Shown here: one piece after another, positions 31,196 through 32,000 of the stretch
Position numbering within the stretch: position 1 is the first letter of the stretch
Layout of the letters: each line of letters starts with the position of its first letter
Source of the DNA: Geotalea uraniireducens Rf4
Lineage (GTDB): Bacteria; Desulfobacterota; Desulfuromonadia; Geobacterales; Geobacteraceae
Length of the DNA stretch: 32,000 nucleotides
Assembly (NCBI RefSeq): GCF_000016745.1
Contig: NC_009483.1
Location: 3,180,001-3,212,000 of the forward strand
Direction of reading: 5' to 3'
Notes under the pieces: model-generated
Database searches by the model: none
Seen by the model: only the letters and a program-made list of their open reading frames with translations
What the model was told of the DNA's origin: nothing
Made by a program: the position numbers and the translations under genes

Positions 31196-32000
31196 TCAGG
31201 CCGCCTTGTTGCGCTTCTTGAGGAGAAATCCGCTAAAGAAGGCAAGCGCCAGGGTCATCAGTGTGCCGACGATCCCCGCGATACTGGTGCCAAGGTTGCC
31301 CTCCGCCTCTTTTTTCTTCTCTATTGCAGGATTCTCCCCTTTGTTCTTTGGCTCAACAGGCTTTTTAAATGAATAATCAGGCAGGAAAGCGGATTTTTCC
31401 TGGATAGCGGCCAATGCTCCGTGCAGTCCATGTTCCGGTCCTTGCAGCTCTTCTTTGCCCGTTACCCTGGCAATGGCCCATTCAAGGCCATCCGGGTCTT
31501 TCGAGGCAAACCAGGAGACTCCACCGCCGGTGAGGATGGCAGCAGCCAGGAAAGCAAGCAGCACGTTGCGCACCGGATGGTTCCCGATGGGACGGACTTC
31601 CATGGCTCCATGCATGATCTCGGGCCGGGCCTTGTACACGAACGACACCACCGCAACGGTCACAAACCCTTCCACAATCCCGATCGCCAGGTGAATTGGC
31701 TGCATAAGGAGTGCAAACGTGGTGAACGGCAGTGCAGAAATACCGGAGAATAAAGTTTCCAGAACGACGCTGAAAGATCCCAACTGTAACCCGACAACGG
31801 CAGCTATCAGGGTTGCCATTGTCAGACGCTTTTGATCAGGGTTGCTGCCAAGTATTTTTTTATAGACAAAAGGATAGGTAATAAACGCGGGGAAAAAGCC
31901 CATGTTGAAAATATTGCAGCCGAGGGCCAGCAGGCCGCCATCGGCAAAGAAAAGCGCCTGGACAACGAGCACCGAAGCAATGGTCAGAAAAGCGGCGCAG
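31196..32000 (-). CDS. cbiM: CbiM/NikM-type ECF substrate-capture component fused to a PDGLE-domain segment (5' end outside the window)
   Basis: QALFFADGGLLALGCNIFNMG is a CbiM hallmark, and the C-terminal part has the PDGLEW motif. The frame stays open upstream of the track's GTG at 31972 to the window edge (…CAAFLTIASV), so the gene is truncated by the window. Confidence 0.8.
   Translation of the reverse strand, partial: CAAFLTIASVLVVQALFFADGGLLALGCNIFNMGFFPAFITYPFVYKKILGSNPDQKRLTMATLIAAVVGLQLGSFSVVLETLFSGISALPFTTFALLMQPIHLAIGIVEGFVTVAVVSFVYKARPEIMHGAMEVRPIGNHPVRNVLLAFLAAAILTGGGVSWFASKDPDGLEWAIARVTGKEELQGPEHGLHGALAAIQEKSAFLPDYSFKKPVEPKNKGENPAIEKKKEAEGNLGTSIAGIVGTLMTLALAFFSGFLLKKRNKAA

Noticed and set aside
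28908-32000. Looked for a cobalamin or NiCo riboswitch associated with the cbiMQO genes.
   Set aside because: The operon is on the minus strand and its leader lies beyond the right window edge. The region downstream of cbiO shows no B12-box-like sequence.
1-32000. CRISPR arrays, rRNA genes, transposase or integrase genes, and reverse transcriptase or DGR template/variable repeats.
   Set aside because: None seen. The only regularly structured repeats are the palindromic and MITE-like elements reported above.

Overview
From gene content, this window looks like a Geobacter/Desulfuromonadales-type chromosome (inference only). Three parts stand out.

(1) Left edge, about 1-3750: an AT-rich accessory or defence islet next to the 3' end of a tRNA-Met(CAU). 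It holds an AIPR-family abortive-infection gene and a TIR-domain gene. Between them sits a hairpin that resembles an enterobacterial REP element. Several orphan terminators lie between the TIR gene and the tRNA.

(2) 3.9-9.6 kb: a four-PAS hybrid histidine kinase, divergent from a receiver-only response regulator that is translationally coupled to a hexahaem cytochrome made of two c7-type domains. Two uncharacterised lipoprotein genes follow.

(3) 10-29 kb, all on the minus strand: a very haem-rich cluster. A sigma-54 promoter candidate at 28968-28983 precedes nine tightly packed or overlapping genes:
- a c7-polymer cytochrome (13 CXXCH)
- an NHL propeller lipoprotein
- a pentahaem lipoprotein cytochrome
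- a 661-aa outer-membrane beta-barrel
- a second NHL propeller lipoprotein
- a 10-CXXCH cytochrome
- a PhnD-like periplasmic binding protein
- a sensor kinase
- an NtrC-type sigma-54 activator

A second sigma-54 promoter candidate (15940-15955) precedes a 270-aa tetrahaem cytochrome of the doubled-CXXCH type and a 1601-aa cytochrome with 22 CXXCH and 2 CX3CH motifs and Ig-like N-terminal domains. I read this as a candidate self-regulated extracellular electron-transfer system, either a porin-cytochrome conduit or a cytochrome-filament system. The paired NHL lipoproteins are its least-explained component.

The right edge carries a cbiO-cbiQ-cbiM(partial) ECF Co/Ni transporter.

Non-coding structure: a 219-bp foldback MITE with a 9-bp target-site duplication; a second 176-bp MITE-like foldback; and a family of GC-rich composite palindromes that sit just upstream of both NHL genes. 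No CRISPR array, rRNA, transposase or integrase is visible. All family assignments come from motif recognition by eye, not from searches.
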